A stretch of DNA of 62,686 nt, taken from Armatimonadota bacterium (GTDB taxonomy: Bacteria > Armatimonadota > Zipacnadia > JAUWAU01 > JBHIEF01). The number at the start of each line of letters is the position of its first letter. The stretch's first letter is position 1. A program made the translations under genes and the position numbers. The stretch is taken from the NCBI GenBank assembly GCA_046760465.1, contig JBHIEF010000001.1, positions 1-62,686 of the forward strand, in the 5' to 3' direction. The notes beneath the pieces are model-generated. The model saw only the letters and a program-made list of their open reading frames with translations, had not been told where the DNA came from and did not search any database. This document shows, in pieces, positions 42,359-52,039 of the stretch.

Positions 42359-43702
42359 ATGAGCGGAACGGTACCACGCAAGCGTTCACGTCGCGGATTC
42401 CTGAAGGACACGGGCCGCATCGCCGCGGCCTCGGCCCTGGCGGCGGCGACCAGTACCCACGTCCATCCGCAGGAGGAGAACACGATCCGAGTCGCCCTGG
42501 TCGGCTGCGGCGGCCGCGGCACTGGAGCTGCCGCCAACGCCCTTTCTACCAAGAGCGGCCCCACCAGGCTGGTGGCCATGGCCGACGTCTTCGAGGACCG
42601 TCTCAGGTCCAGCTTGCAGAGCCTCTCCCAGCGATTCGGCGACCAGGTCGAGGTGCCGGCCGAACGTCAGTTCCTGGGCTTCGACGCGTACAAGAGCGCA
42701 ATTGACTGTCTAAGCGAGGGCGACGTGGTCCTCCTGACTACGCCGCCGGCGTTCCGACCCAGTCACCTCGAATACGCCGTTGAGAGGGGCCGCAACGTCT
42801 TCATGGAGAAGTCGTTTGCCGTGGACGCACCGGGCATCCGGCGAGTGCTGAGGGCGGGCGAGGTGGCGACTGAGAAGAACCTGAAGGTCGCCGGCGGATT
42901 GATGAGTCGTCACTACGGGCCCCTGCAAGGCGCGGTTGAGCAGATCCACGGCGGCATCATCGGCGAGGTCATCACCTGTTGGGCCTACCGGGTGCACCAG
43001 CCCGTGGGCTTTAAACCAAGGGTGGAGGGGATGAGCGAGCTGGCCCACCAAATCCGCAACTACAGCAACTTCACCTGGCTCAATGGCAGCTTCATTCTCG
43101 ACTGGCTCATCCACAATCTCGACGTCTGCTGCTGGGTCAAGGACGCATGGCCGGTGTCGGCCCAAGGCCAGGGAGGACGCCAGGTCCGCACGCAGCCCGA
43201 CCAGTTGTTCGACCACTTCGCGGTCGAGTATACCTTTGCCGACGGCACGCGGCTGTTCGCGCAAGGGCGGCACATGGCCCATTGCTGGGGCTTCTTCGGT
43301 GACGTGATCCATGGCGCGACCGGCTCGGCCGTTCTGGGTGAGGGCATTCCACAGCCTCGCATCTACAAAGGGCACAAGCAGACGCGCGAGAACCTGATCT
43401 GGCAGCACGAGGGACCTAGGCCCAGTCCGTACGACGTGGAGCATGAGGTGCTGTTTCGGGCCATTCGTGAGGACACGCCCCATAACGAGACCGAGCGCTG
43501 CGCTTACGCGGCGATGACCGGCATCCTGGGGCGCATGGCGGCCGAGTCGGGCCAAGAGGTGACCTGGGAAGAGGCATTGGCGTCCGACTTGGTGTTGGCA
43601 CCGGGCCTGGACGACTTCACGATGGACTCCGACGCGCCCGTCATGCCTGACGCGGAGGGCCGGTACCCGGTTGCCATGCCAGGAGTCACCAAGGCGTTCT
43701 GA
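42359..43702 (+). CDS. Tat-exported Gfo/Idh/MocA family oxidoreductase
   Basis: ORF 42329..43702 trimmed to ATG 42359, with GGAGAGG 8 nt upstream. The leader is KRSRRGFLKDTGRIAAASALAAA. Rossmann motif VALVGCGGRGTGAA and the MEKSFAV variant of the EKP motif are present. Confidence 0.88.
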   Translation: MSGTVPRKRSRRGFLKDTGRIAAASALAAATSTHVHPQEENTIRVALVGCGGRGTGAAANALSTKSGPTRLVAMADVFEDRLRSSLQSLSQRFGDQVEVPAERQFLGFDAYKSAIDCLSEGDVVLLTTPPAFRPSHLEYAVERGRNVFMEKSFAVDAPGIRRVLRAGEVATEKNLKVAGGLMSRHYGPLQGAVEQIHGGIIGEVITCWAYRVHQPVGFKPRVEGMSELAHQIRNYSNFTWLNGSFILDWLIHNLDVCCWVKDAWPVSAQGQGGRQVRTQPDQLFDHFAVEYTFADGTRLFAQGRHMAHCWGFFGDVIHGATGSAVLGEGIPQPRIYKGHKQTRENLIWQHEGPRPSPYDVEHEVLFRAIREDTPHNETERCAYAAMTGILGRMAAESGQEVTWEEALASDLVLAPGLDDFTMDSDAPVMPDAEGRYPVAMPGVTKAF

Positions 43703-43747
43703 GCGGCACCCCGGCTCCATCTGCCCTGGACAGGGACACCTGCTCCG

Positions 43748-45760
43748 CTACGCGTGGAGGTGGCACCGCACGGTGCGACCGTCCGCCCGGCCAATCACAC
43801 TGGGGTAGACCTCGGCGCACACGGCCATGGCCTGGGGGCACCGGGGGTGGAAATGGCACCCGGGAGGGGGGGCGCTGGGCGAGGCGACGTCTCCCTCCAA
43901 TCTGATCCTCTCGCGCCGTCGCGCCGGCTCTGCGCTGGGCACGGCTGAGAGCAGCGCGCGCGTGTAGGGATGGAGCGGCTCGTCAAACAACGCCTCCGTG
44001 CTTGCCTGCTCGACGATCCGTCCCAGGTACATCACCGCCACCTCGTCCGACAGGTACTCCACCACGCTCAGGTCGTGCGTGATGAACAGGTAGGTCAGGC
44101 CGTACCGGTCCTGGAGGTCGCCCAGCAGGTTGAGGATTTGAGCCTGGATTGACACGTCCAGCGCGCTGGTCGGCTCGTCACAGACCACGAACTGCGGCTC
44201 CACTGCCAGCATTCGTGCCAGGCCGATCCGCTGGCGCTGTCCGCCGGAGAACTCGTGGGGGTAGCAGGTCGCCGCCTGCGGCGGCAGGCCCACGTCGCTC
44301 AGCAGGTCGGCGATGCGGTCGTGGCGCTCCCGCTTAGAGGCGCCGATCCCATGCACCGCCATGCCCTCTTCAATGATCTCCCGCACCATCATGCGTGGGT
44401 TGAGCGACGAGTAGGGATCCTGGAACACAAACTGGACCCGCCGGCGTAGCTCGCGAAGAGGGGTCTCCCCCAAGGCCATCAGATCGTGGCCGTCGTAGTA
44501 GACGCTCCCCGAGGTCGCAGGGAGCAGGCGGATCAGCGTCTTCCCCAGCGTCGTCTTGCCGCAGCCGGACTCCCCTACCAGAGCGACGGTCCTGCCCCGC
44601 CCGATGGTGAGGTCCACGCCGTCAACCGCCTTAACATGCCCCACGGCCCGCTTGAGAACGCCTCTGCGGATAGGGAAGTGTTTGGCTAGCCCTTGGGCCT
44701 CGACCAGCGGCCCATCGCCACTCTGTCCCGGGTCCTGGATTGGCTCTGCTGTGCGCCCCGCAACAGCCAGCCCCGGCCGGCCTTCCAGGCCGTGCAGGTG
44801 ACACGCAATCCGGTGCCCGGGTGCCACCTCCGCCAAAGGCGGCTCCTGCCCCTCACAGGGCCCGAACGCATGGGGGCATCGGTCGCGGAACCGGCAGCCA
44901 GAGGGATACTCGGAGGGACTGGGGACGGAGCCCCGGATGGTCTCGAGCCGACTGCGCCGCTTGGCTCGCCCGGGACGGCAGCGCAGCAGTAGCTCCGTGT
45001 ACGGGTGTCGCGCGCCCCCTGAGCCGAACAGGGCGGGAGTGGGGGCGGCCTCGACGATCTTGCCCGCGTACATTACAGCCACACGGTCGGCCATCTCGTT
45101 CACGACGGCGAGATCGTGTGTGATGAACAGGATGGCCATGCCCAGCTCGCCCTGGAGGTCGCGCAACAGGTCCAGGATCTGGGCCTCGATGGTAACGTCC
45201 AGGGCGGTGGTGGGCTCATCGGCGATCAGGAGGGCCGGCTCACACGCCAGAGCCATGGCGATCATCACGCGCTGCTGCATTCCTCCCGAAAGCTCGTGTG
45301 GGTACTGTCGTAGACGATCCCGCGCGTCGGGAAGGCCCACCATTCTCAGCGCTGCCACTGCTCGGTCCGTTGCCTCGGACTTGCCCAGTCGCTGGTGCCT
45401 GCGGATGGCCTCCACCAGTTGCGTGCGGATGGACAAGACTGGGTTCAGGCTGGTCATCGGTTCCTGGAAGATCATCGCGACCTTCCCGCCGCGGAACTCG
45501 CGCTTCTCCGGTCCCGTCATCCTGAGGACGTCCTTGCCCTCGAATCGGATGGAGCCCCCGGCTATGTATCCGCCGGGGCCCGGCACGAGCTGGAGGATTG
45601 ACAGTCCCGTGAGCGACTTCCCGCAGCCCGACTCGCCGACTAGACCCACGGTCTCGCCGCGGTGCACGGTCAACGACACTCCGTCCACGGCGCGCAGCGG
45701 CTCCGCCGTGGTGCGGAAGTAGGTGCGTAGGTCGCGGATCTCCAGCAGCGGCTCGCTCAC
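43748..45760 (-). CDS. Fused double ATP-binding subunit of a peptide/nickel-type (Dpp/Opp-like) ABC importer
   Basis: Two complete ABC modules are present: GESGCGKS + LSGGMQQR + ADEPTTALD, and GESGCGKT + FSGGQRQR + CDEPTSALD. Each is followed by the oligopeptide-type C-terminal Cys-rich extension ([16 protein letters not shown]). The start is assigned to GTG 45760..45758, which overlaps the permease stop (GTGA); upstream codons in the track ORF are not ABC-like. Confidence 0.92.
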   Translation of the reverse strand: MSEPLLEIRDLRTYFRTTAEPLRAVDGVSLTVHRGETVGLVGESGCGKSLTGLSILQLVPGPGGYIAGGSIRFEGKDVLRMTGPEKREFRGGKVAMIFQEPMTSLNPVLSIRTQLVEAIRRHQRLGKSEATDRAVAALRMVGLPDARDRLRQYPHELSGGMQQRVMIAMALACEPALLIADEPTTALDVTIEAQILDLLRDLQGELGMAILFITHDLAVVNEMADRVAVMYAGKIVEAAPTPALFGSGGARHPYTELLLRCRPGRAKRRSRLETIRGSVPSPSEYPSGCRFRDRCPHAFGPCEGQEPPLAEVAPGHRIACHLHGLEGRPGLAVAGRTAEPIQDPGQSGDGPLVEAQGLAKHFPIRRGVLKRAVGHVKAVDGVDLTIGRGRTVALVGESGCGKTTLGKTLIRLLPATSGSVYYDGHDLMALGETPLRELRRRVQFVFQDPYSSLNPRMMVREIIEEGMAVHGIGASKRERHDRIADLLSDVGLPPQAATCYPHEFSGGQRQRIGLARMLAVEPQFVVCDEPTSALDVSIQAQILNLLGDLQDRYGLTYLFITHDLSVVEYLSDEVAVMYLGRIVEQASTEALFDEPLHPYTRALLSAVPSAEPARRRERIRLEGDVASPSAPPPGCHFHPRCPQAMAVCAEVYPSVIGRADGRTVRCHLHA

Positions 45761-48000
45761 GCCAGCTCCTCCCGGGTCCGCAGCCTGGGGTCCAAAGCGT
45801 CGCGCAGAGCGTCGCCGAACAGATTGGCGGTGAGCACAAGGCCGAACATGGCGGAAAAGGCGGCCGCCAGACTCCACCAGACCATGGGCTCTCGGCCCAT
45901 CTCGCCGCGGGCCTGGTCAATCATAGACCCCCAGCTGAAGGTGTCCGGGCCCACGCCCACGCCGATGTAGCTGAGCACGGCTTCGGCCAGCACCAGCCCG
46001 CTGAACCGGAGCACGACGGTGATCAGCACTAGGTGCATGAGGTTGGGGACCACATGCCGCCAGACCACGCGCAGCTTCGATACGCCCAGGGCCAGGGCGG
46101 CCTGCACGTACTCCTTCTCGCGCAGCTTGAGCGTCTCCCCGCGAAGCACGCGACACAGACCGACCCAGCCGGTCAGGCCCATGACGATGCAGAGCTGCGT
46201 CAGCCCCCGGCCGAATACCAGGATGAAGGCCACCACCAGCAGGACCCAAGGCACCGAGGAGATGGTGCTGTAGACGTATTGCACGGCATCGTCTATCCAC
46301 CCGCCGAAGAACCCGGCCAGCACGCCCAGGGAAATGGCTAAGGGGACTGCGATCACCGTCGTGAGGCCTCCCACAATCAGGCCGGTGCGGACGCTCTTGA
46401 GGGTTTTGTAGAGCACGTCCTGCCCGGTCTTATCGGTGCCCAGCAGGTGTCGGCGCGGGTACTCCAGGGGACGGCGGACGCGCCGGACAACCGTCTCTCC
46501 GCCAACTTCCTCCTCCACCGTCTCCTTCATCAACAGGTGGGTTGCGAGCGGGGATGAGTAGCTCTTCTCGGACAGACGTAGAGGTGTGCACAGACGGTCG
46601 AGTATGGAAAGCGGCGGGGACAGGACGGCCCGGCCGTCGGCCGTCAAGCGTTGGCTGCCGTCCGGGGCGGTCTCCACATCGCGCCAGGAGATGCTGTCCA
46701 GGCAGCCGACCAAGATGAAGGCGCCCAGGACCAGCAGGGAGCCCATGGCCAGTCGGCTGCGCCGCACCTCACGCCACGCGTTCTGCCACAGCTCGTGCCC
46801 CCGGGCGCGCAACCAGAAGGCGATCACCCCGACCACAGTCAGCAGGAAAGCGCCGTTTGTGGCCAGCGGGACGCGCAAGTTCTCCACCGCAGGCTGGTGA
46901 ATGAGCCAGCGCAGGAGCCAGTAAACGCCACCGGCAGCGGCGCCGACTACCACGACAGCAGCCAAGAGCTTCCCCACGTCCGCAGGCGACGGGTTGGCGT
47001 AGAGGCTGCGCGTGTCGCCCGCCCCCAGCGTGACGCGCGGGTCCACCAGAGTGTAGCTGATGTCGGTCAGCATCAGCCCGATGATGTAGAGGATGGCGCC
47101 GATGTAGACCATGGAGCGTACGATCGCGAAATCCTGTCCGTGGATGGCCGTGATGGTCATGCTGCCCAGCCCCGGGATGGCGAAGAAGGACTCCATGATC
47201 AGGCTGCCCACGAACAGGAAGGGGATGGCCATCACAGCGTTCGTGAGGATGGGGATCATGGCGTTCTTCAGGACGTGGCGGAACAGCACGGCTCCCTCCC
47301 CCAGGCCTTTGGCGCGCGCCGTGCGCACATAGTCGCGCCCCACCTCCTCCAGTATGACCGTGCGGTAGTACCGAACGCCTCCACCGATGCCGGCGACGGT
47401 GCCGATGACGACGGGCAAGAGCACGAACTTGGGGGTGGACGCACCCCAGTCGAAGCCGCTGATGGGGAACAGCCGCAGCCATTGGGCGAAGATGAACTGC
47501 CCGCCGATGATGTAAAACAGCGACGAGATGGACATCATCAGCACGCACACGACAGTGCCCCAACGGTCCAGGTAGGTTCCGCGGCAGAAAGCGATGATCA
47601 GGGCGGTGGAGATGTTGACTGCCAGCCCGAGGGCGAAGGTGGGCACGGCGATGGCCAGACTTGGGCCCATCCGACGCCGAATCTCTGTGGCGATGGGTCG
47701 GTCCGTAACGTCGGAACGGCCCAGGTCGAAGACCAGGAGCCGGGCGCACTTCTGGAAGAACAGCGTGTCGGTCAGCCTGCTGGCCCCGAGGGCGTCGCCG
47801 TTGAAGAACGGGGGCAGGTGGTAGTTGTGTTCGCGCTTCCACTTCTCGACGATCTCGGGCGAGTCTGCCTTGTCGCCCAGTATCCGTCTGGCCATGTCGT
47901 CGGGCGTGTTGACCACGAAGAACAGCGCGAAGGTGATGGCCACTATGCCCACCACAATCGGCACGGCGTAGAGGATGCGGCGGACGAGGTAGGCAAACAC
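45757..48000 (-). CDS. Fused permease (DppB/OppB-like + DppC/OppC-like halves in one polypeptide) of the same ABC importer
   Basis: The GTG start is at 48000..47998. The N-terminus MFAYLVRRILYAVPIVVGIVAITFALFFV is typical of the B-type permease. A second permease core (LIVGGLTTVIAVPLAISLGVLAGFFGGWIDD...) follows a long loop. The protein is 747 aa, about twice the usual size. Confidence 0.9.
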   Translation of the reverse strand: MFAYLVRRILYAVPIVVGIVAITFALFFVVNTPDDMARRILGDKADSPEIVEKWKREHNYHLPPFFNGDALGASRLTDTLFFQKCARLLVFDLGRSDVTDRPIATEIRRRMGPSLAIAVPTFALGLAVNISTALIIAFCRGTYLDRWGTVVCVLMMSISSLFYIIGGQFIFAQWLRLFPISGFDWGASTPKFVLLPVVIGTVAGIGGGVRYYRTVILEEVGRDYVRTARAKGLGEGAVLFRHVLKNAMIPILTNAVMAIPFLFVGSLIMESFFAIPGLGSMTITAIHGQDFAIVRSMVYIGAILYIIGLMLTDISYTLVDPRVTLGAGDTRSLYANPSPADVGKLLAAVVVVGAAAGGVYWLLRWLIHQPAVENLRVPLATNGAFLLTVVGVIAFWLRARGHELWQNAWREVRRSRLAMGSLLVLGAFILVGCLDSISWRDVETAPDGSQRLTADGRAVLSPPLSILDRLCTPLRLSEKSYSSPLATHLLMKETVEEEVGGETVVRRVRRPLEYPRRHLLGTDKTGQDVLYKTLKSVRTGLIVGGLTTVIAVPLAISLGVLAGFFGGWIDDAVQYVYSTISSVPWVLLVVAFILVFGRGLTQLCIVMGLTGWVGLCRVLRGETLKLREKEYVQAALALGVSKLRVVWRHVVPNLMHLVLITVVLRFSGLVLAEAVLSYIGVGVGPDTFSWGSMIDQARGEMGREPMVWWSLAAAFSAMFGLVLTANLFGDALRDALDPRLRTREELA

Positions 48001-48004
48001 GGGG

Positions 48005-50272
48005 CTAGGCTTCCTTCAGGTGTCGAACGGCGACACGAATGGCCGGCAGCGTTCCCAGGATCAGGACGGCGGCGAGTATAACCGGCAGGTGCCAGCGAGG
48101 GCTGTTCCATTCGCGCCGCCGCTGTGCGCGCTGCTCGATGTCAATGCGTCGGTACTTGAGCTGGTTCCACGCCATGACGTTCGGGTAGGCGTTCTTGTAC
48201 CACTCGTGCACGAGCGAGTAGGATACCCCGTGCACACAGCCGAACCAGGGAGCGTCTTCCTGGAGAATGCGGTTCATGCGCCGCACCAGGGCCAGTCGCT
48301 GGGGCCCGTTCTCCATGTTGCTCATTCTCTCGAAGAGCCGGTCGTACTCGGGACTGGCGTAGTTGGAGGAGTTCGATCCCCCGCCTTCGCCGGCCCTGCT
48401 GTTCGGTCCATACAGCAGGAACAGGAAGTTCTCCGGGTCGGGGTAATCGGCGAGCCAACCCCAGGACAGGATCTGGAAGTTGCCCTCGCGGACCTTGTCC
48501 TGGAAGCGATTGTAGTCAGTGGTGCGCGACTTGAGCTGAATCCCCAGCTTGGCGAACTGCTTGACCACGAACCTAAGCCGGGGTCGCGCCGCTGAGCTGG
48601 TCCAGCCGTTGTCGAAGTAGAGGACCAGGGGCTTGCCGTCCGGGCCGTATCCGCTCTCGTATCCCGCCTCCTTCATCAGCCGCTTGGCCTCGTTGAGCGG
48701 GCGACGAACCGGGCGGCCGCGCTCAGCATCCCACTCGTGGGTGATGGGATTGATGCCGGCCTCCCCGGACTCGTAACCGAAGAACCCCGGCGGCGTCGGA
48801 CTGTGAGCCACTGTGCCTCGACCGTTCCAGAAGATAGTGATCTGCTCCTCGGTGTCGAAGGCAAGGCTTATGGCCTGACGAAGCTTGCGCTGCTTCTCGC
48901 CATATCCGCCCACCACCGGATCCCTCATGTTGAAGGCGAAGTACGAGATGGACGCCGAGGGGGCCGTGTAAAGCGTGATCCCCTGCCTACTCATCTCCTC
49001 CGACAGCACCGCATCGCCCGTGGACGTGAGCGTGACGCTCTGGTCAAACACGTCGCTGCTTATCCCGGACGTGTCGTAGTACCCCTGCCGGAACTTGGCC
49101 CACCGCGGGATCCACTCCACCTCGCGCCTGAAGACCACTCGGTCCACCATGGGGAGTCGTTTGCCTGCGTCCGCGAGCATTCCCGCGGCCCGAAGCGCCC
49201 GGAAGTGGGCGGTGGCCTCGGTATCGCTTGGGTCTGGTGCGGGGAGATCCGGGTACCTTTCGTCGCGGAAGTTGGGATTGCGTTCCAGGATGAACTGGTT
49301 CGTCGGGTCGAACTCCGCCAGCACGTACGGCCCCGTGCCCACCGCGTTCTTGTCGAAGACGATGTTGCGCCGCAGGAGCACAGGCTGGTGGAAGAAGTCA
49401 ACGGCCTCCTCGGGCACCGGCGCAAAGAAGGGCATGGCCATCCAGTACAGGATCTGCGGATAGGGATGCTTGAGCACAACCTCGAAGGTATGGCGGCCGG
49501 TCGCCCGTGCGCCGGGAAGGGGATAGGCTTTGTAGTCCAACCGGACGGGGTTGTACTTCTCATTACGCTCCCTGTTATACAGCGGTCCTCCAGCTCTAGC
49601 CCGCCGTTCGCGCTCGGCGTCGAGGGCTTCGCTCAACGCCCGGCTGTACTCCTCCAGACCCAGGACGTTCTGTTCCAGCGTGCTGAGAATGGGGCAGGTC
49701 AGGCGCGGATCGGACAGGCGTCGGATGGCAAGCACGAAGTCCTCGGCCACGACCTCACGGGTTGCCACCTCGGCGAAGTCGGCGACGGAGCGGATGCCCT
49801 CCACGTCGTCCTCTGAGAGCTTGCGGTTGCTTTCGACGAAGCAGGGGTGGTTCTGGTACCGGACGCCAGGCTTGATGTGAATAGTGTAGACGACGGCATT
49901 GACCGTCTCCCCTTGCCATTGCATCTGCCGCGTTGTCGGCTTTGGCACCTCCGTGGCCAGCAGGGGCTCAAGTTCGTACGGGCGCTTGAGCAGGTGGTAC
50001 TGGAACGGCGGCTCGACGATGTTGCAGATGAGCGCGTAGGAGTCGCCGCCATATGCTGTGGCGGTGTCGAGGTGCTTCGGCTCCGCCACGAACGTTGTGT
50101 AGAGGGTGTTCGAGCGCTCCTCGGAGGCGGGGTAGGGAGAGTTGCAGCCGGCAAGGAGCAGCCAGATGGCGCAGCCGAGCAGCCTTCGGCTGCGGCCGAG
50201 TCGTCGCGCAGCATGGTGCGAGCCCCCGCCCCCGCGAGCGCCGCGCCGCTTCTTCCCCTCGCGTCCCCACAT
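48005..50272 (-). CDS. Family-5 (peptide/nickel) ABC substrate-binding lipoprotein, unusually long (755 aa)
   Basis: ORF 48005..50515 trimmed to ATG 50272. The lipoprotein-like signal is RRLLGCAIWLLLAGCNSP. SBP_bac_5-type motifs are VYTIHIKPGVRYQNHP and GTGPYVLAEFDPTNQFILERNPNF. A hydrophobic C-terminal segment LPVILAAVLILGTLPAI is also present. Confidence 0.88.
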   Translation of the reverse strand: MWGREGKKRRGARGGGGSHHAARRLGRSRRLLGCAIWLLLAGCNSPYPASEERSNTLYTTFVAEPKHLDTATAYGGDSYALICNIVEPPFQYHLLKRPYELEPLLATEVPKPTTRQMQWQGETVNAVVYTIHIKPGVRYQNHPCFVESNRKLSEDDVEGIRSVADFAEVATREVVAEDFVLAIRRLSDPRLTCPILSTLEQNVLGLEEYSRALSEALDAERERRARAGGPLYNRERNEKYNPVRLDYKAYPLPGARATGRHTFEVVLKHPYPQILYWMAMPFFAPVPEEAVDFFHQPVLLRRNIVFDKNAVGTGPYVLAEFDPTNQFILERNPNFRDERYPDLPAPDPSDTEATAHFRALRAAGMLADAGKRLPMVDRVVFRREVEWIPRWAKFRQGYYDTSGISSDVFDQSVTLTSTGDAVLSEEMSRQGITLYTAPSASISYFAFNMRDPVVGGYGEKQRKLRQAISLAFDTEEQITIFWNGRGTVAHSPTPPGFFGYESGEAGINPITHEWDAERGRPVRRPLNEAKRLMKEAGYESGYGPDGKPLVLYFDNGWTSSAARPRLRFVVKQFAKLGIQLKSRTTDYNRFQDKVREGNFQILSWGWLADYPDPENFLFLLYGPNSRAGEGGGSNSSNYASPEYDRLFERMSNMENGPQRLALVRRMNRILQEDAPWFGCVHGVSYSLVHEWYKNAYPNVMAWNQLKYRRIDIEQRAQRRREWNSPRWHLPVILAAVLILGTLPAIRVAVRHLKEA

Positions 50273-50418
50273 GGCACAGAGCTTATAGCACGGCAGGCGC
50301 GTCTGCGCAAGCGGCCTCCCGGCCACGTGATCCGGATCCCCTTGCGTATGGACAGGTCGGCAGGAGGAGCGGCGACGGAGGGCGAAGCGGACGCAATCTG
50401 ACGCCGGAGGACACTGCC

Positions 50419-51285
50419 ATGAAGCGCGCACGGGCGACAGCCGCCGGACGAATGGACAGACGACACTTCTTGGCCGCCTTGGGTGGTGGGGTGATGGGGG
50501 CGTGGCCGGTGCCACCGGGCTTCGAGAGGAAGCAGGAGCGCATCCCCATAGCCTTGCAGGTCTACTCTGTACGCAAGGACGCGGCCGAGGACCTGGCGGG
50601 CGTGCTGGGCGCCGTGGCCAAGATGGGCTACGAGGGCGTCGAGTTCGCCGGATACTACGGGCATTCGGCCGAGGACATCCGCAAGATGCTCGACGACAAT
50701 GGCCTCAAGTGTGCGGGGACACACATCGGTCTGGACTCCCTCCTGGGGGATCGGTTGGAGCCTACGGTCGAGTTCCACAAGACCGTTGGCTGCAAGTTCC
50801 TCATCGTTCCGGGGCTTCCGCAGGAGCGGCGCAACAGCCGCCAGGCGTGGCGGCAGACGGCAGAGCTCTTCAACGAAGTGGCCAGGCGCCTTAAGCCCTT
50901 TGGGATGCGGCCGGGCTATCACAACCATACGGTGGAGTTTCAACCCATGGACGGGGAGCTGCCGTGGGACACGTTCTTCGGCAACACTGGCCGCCGCGTG
51001 ACCATGCAGCTCGACACCGGCAACGCCATGCACGGCGGAGCCGACCCAGTGGCGTTTCTGAAGCGGTACAAGGGGCGCGCAGCAACGATCCACCTCAAGG
51101 AGTACTCGAAGACCAACAACCAGGCCCTCCTGGGCGAGGGAGACATGCCCTGGGAGCGGATCTTCAAGGTCTGCGAGAGCACCGGACGCACCAAGTGGTA
51201 CATAGTGGAGCAGGAAAGCTACGCCTACTCGCCGATGAGGTGCGTCGAGCTGTGCCTCAGGAACATGAGGAAGATGGGCAAGTAG
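50419..51285 (+). CDS. Tat-exported sugar phosphate isomerase/epimerase (xylose-isomerase-like TIM barrel)
   Basis: ORF 50053..51285 trimmed to ATG 50419, with GGAGG 9 nt upstream. The leader is GRMDRRHFLAALGGGVMG. The typical layout reads IALQVYSVRKD...MGYEGVEFAGYYG...CKFLIVPG...GYHNH...LDTGN...IHLKE. Confidence 0.85.
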   Translation: MKRARATAAGRMDRRHFLAALGGGVMGAWPVPPGFERKQERIPIALQVYSVRKDAAEDLAGVLGAVAKMGYEGVEFAGYYGHSAEDIRKMLDDNGLKCAGTHIGLDSLLGDRLEPTVEFHKTVGCKFLIVPGLPQERRNSRQAWRQTAELFNEVARRLKPFGMRPGYHNHTVEFQPMDGELPWDTFFGNTGRRVTMQLDTGNAMHGGADPVAFLKRYKGRAATIHLKEYSKTNNQALLGEGDMPWERIFKVCESTGRTKWYIVEQESYAYSPMRCVELCLRNMRKMGK

Positions 51286-51980
51286 AGGAGAGGGTGCGGA
51301 CGTCGGCACGCACTCGCCGGCCGTCGCGGGTGGTCACTGGGGCGCCCCCGAGGGCATGGGTTGGGTGAGCGCGTCGGCCCGATGAGGCGGAGCCGGCCCT
51401 GCTCGTCGAAGACCAGGCGGTCAACGTTGACGGTCCGATCGCCCGAGGGGCGGTCGGGGTCGGCGTGAGTGTGGTAGACCAGGAGCAGCTCGCGGCCATC
51501 GGGTGAGACGGTGATGGAGTTGTGCCCGGGCCCGGAGATGCCCCGGGCGATGTCCTTGGCCGCCAGGGGGTTGTCCGGGCTCTTCGTCCATGGTCCCAAT
51601 GGCGACGGCGCAGTCGCGTACCCGATGCCGTAGTCCGGGTTGGCGTAGTGATTGGCCGAGTAGGTCATGTAGTACGTGCCGCCCCGCCGGAGCACAAACG
51701 GTCCCTCGTTGCACCGCGTGTGCATGCTAGCGGGCTCTTCCCACGGCTGGTCAGCCTGGAGGCAGAGGATCGGCTCGCCGGCAAGAGCAGTGAGGTCGGC
51801 AGTTAGTGCGCCGCCGTAGATCATGCCGTAGATGTAGCCCTCGGACGGCCTCTTCCACGGCTTGCCGATCACTCTCACTCTGGCGAAGAACACGTACGGG
51901 GTCCCGTCACGGTTGATGAAGATGTGCCCGTCAATGCACGACCAGCCGATGTCGAGCCAGGGCGCGGAGTCGGGTCCCAT
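51225..51980 (-). pseudogene. N-terminally truncated GH43-family remnant with a non-homologous Arg/Pro-rich C-terminal tail
   Basis: The region contains only the blades carrying IDGHIF (pKa-modulator Asp) and NEGPFVLRRGGTYYMTYSANHY...GIGYATAPSPLGPWTK (acid Glu), then GPGHNSITVSPDGRELLLVYH. The roughly 120-140 aa that normally carry the catalytic base are absent, since the upstream gene ends at 52040. GH43 similarity ends near ...LIGPTRSP, and about 45 further unrelated codons overlap the convergent gene by 61 nt. Confidence 0.45.
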
Positions 51981-52039
51981 CTGTGTCCCCACTCCTCTCT
52001 CCCGGCCTCGCGGCTCGAGCCTGCCGCTGGGAGGAGAGG

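Noticed and set aside
46651-51309. Long ORFs 46651..48081 (+), 48737..49816 (+) and 49699..51309 (-)
   Set aside because: They are antisense to the ABC permease, the substrate-binding protein and the isomerase respectively. Their composition is low-complexity Arg/Gly/His/Pro and no recognisable domains are present. The opposite-strand genes carry unambiguous family signatures.
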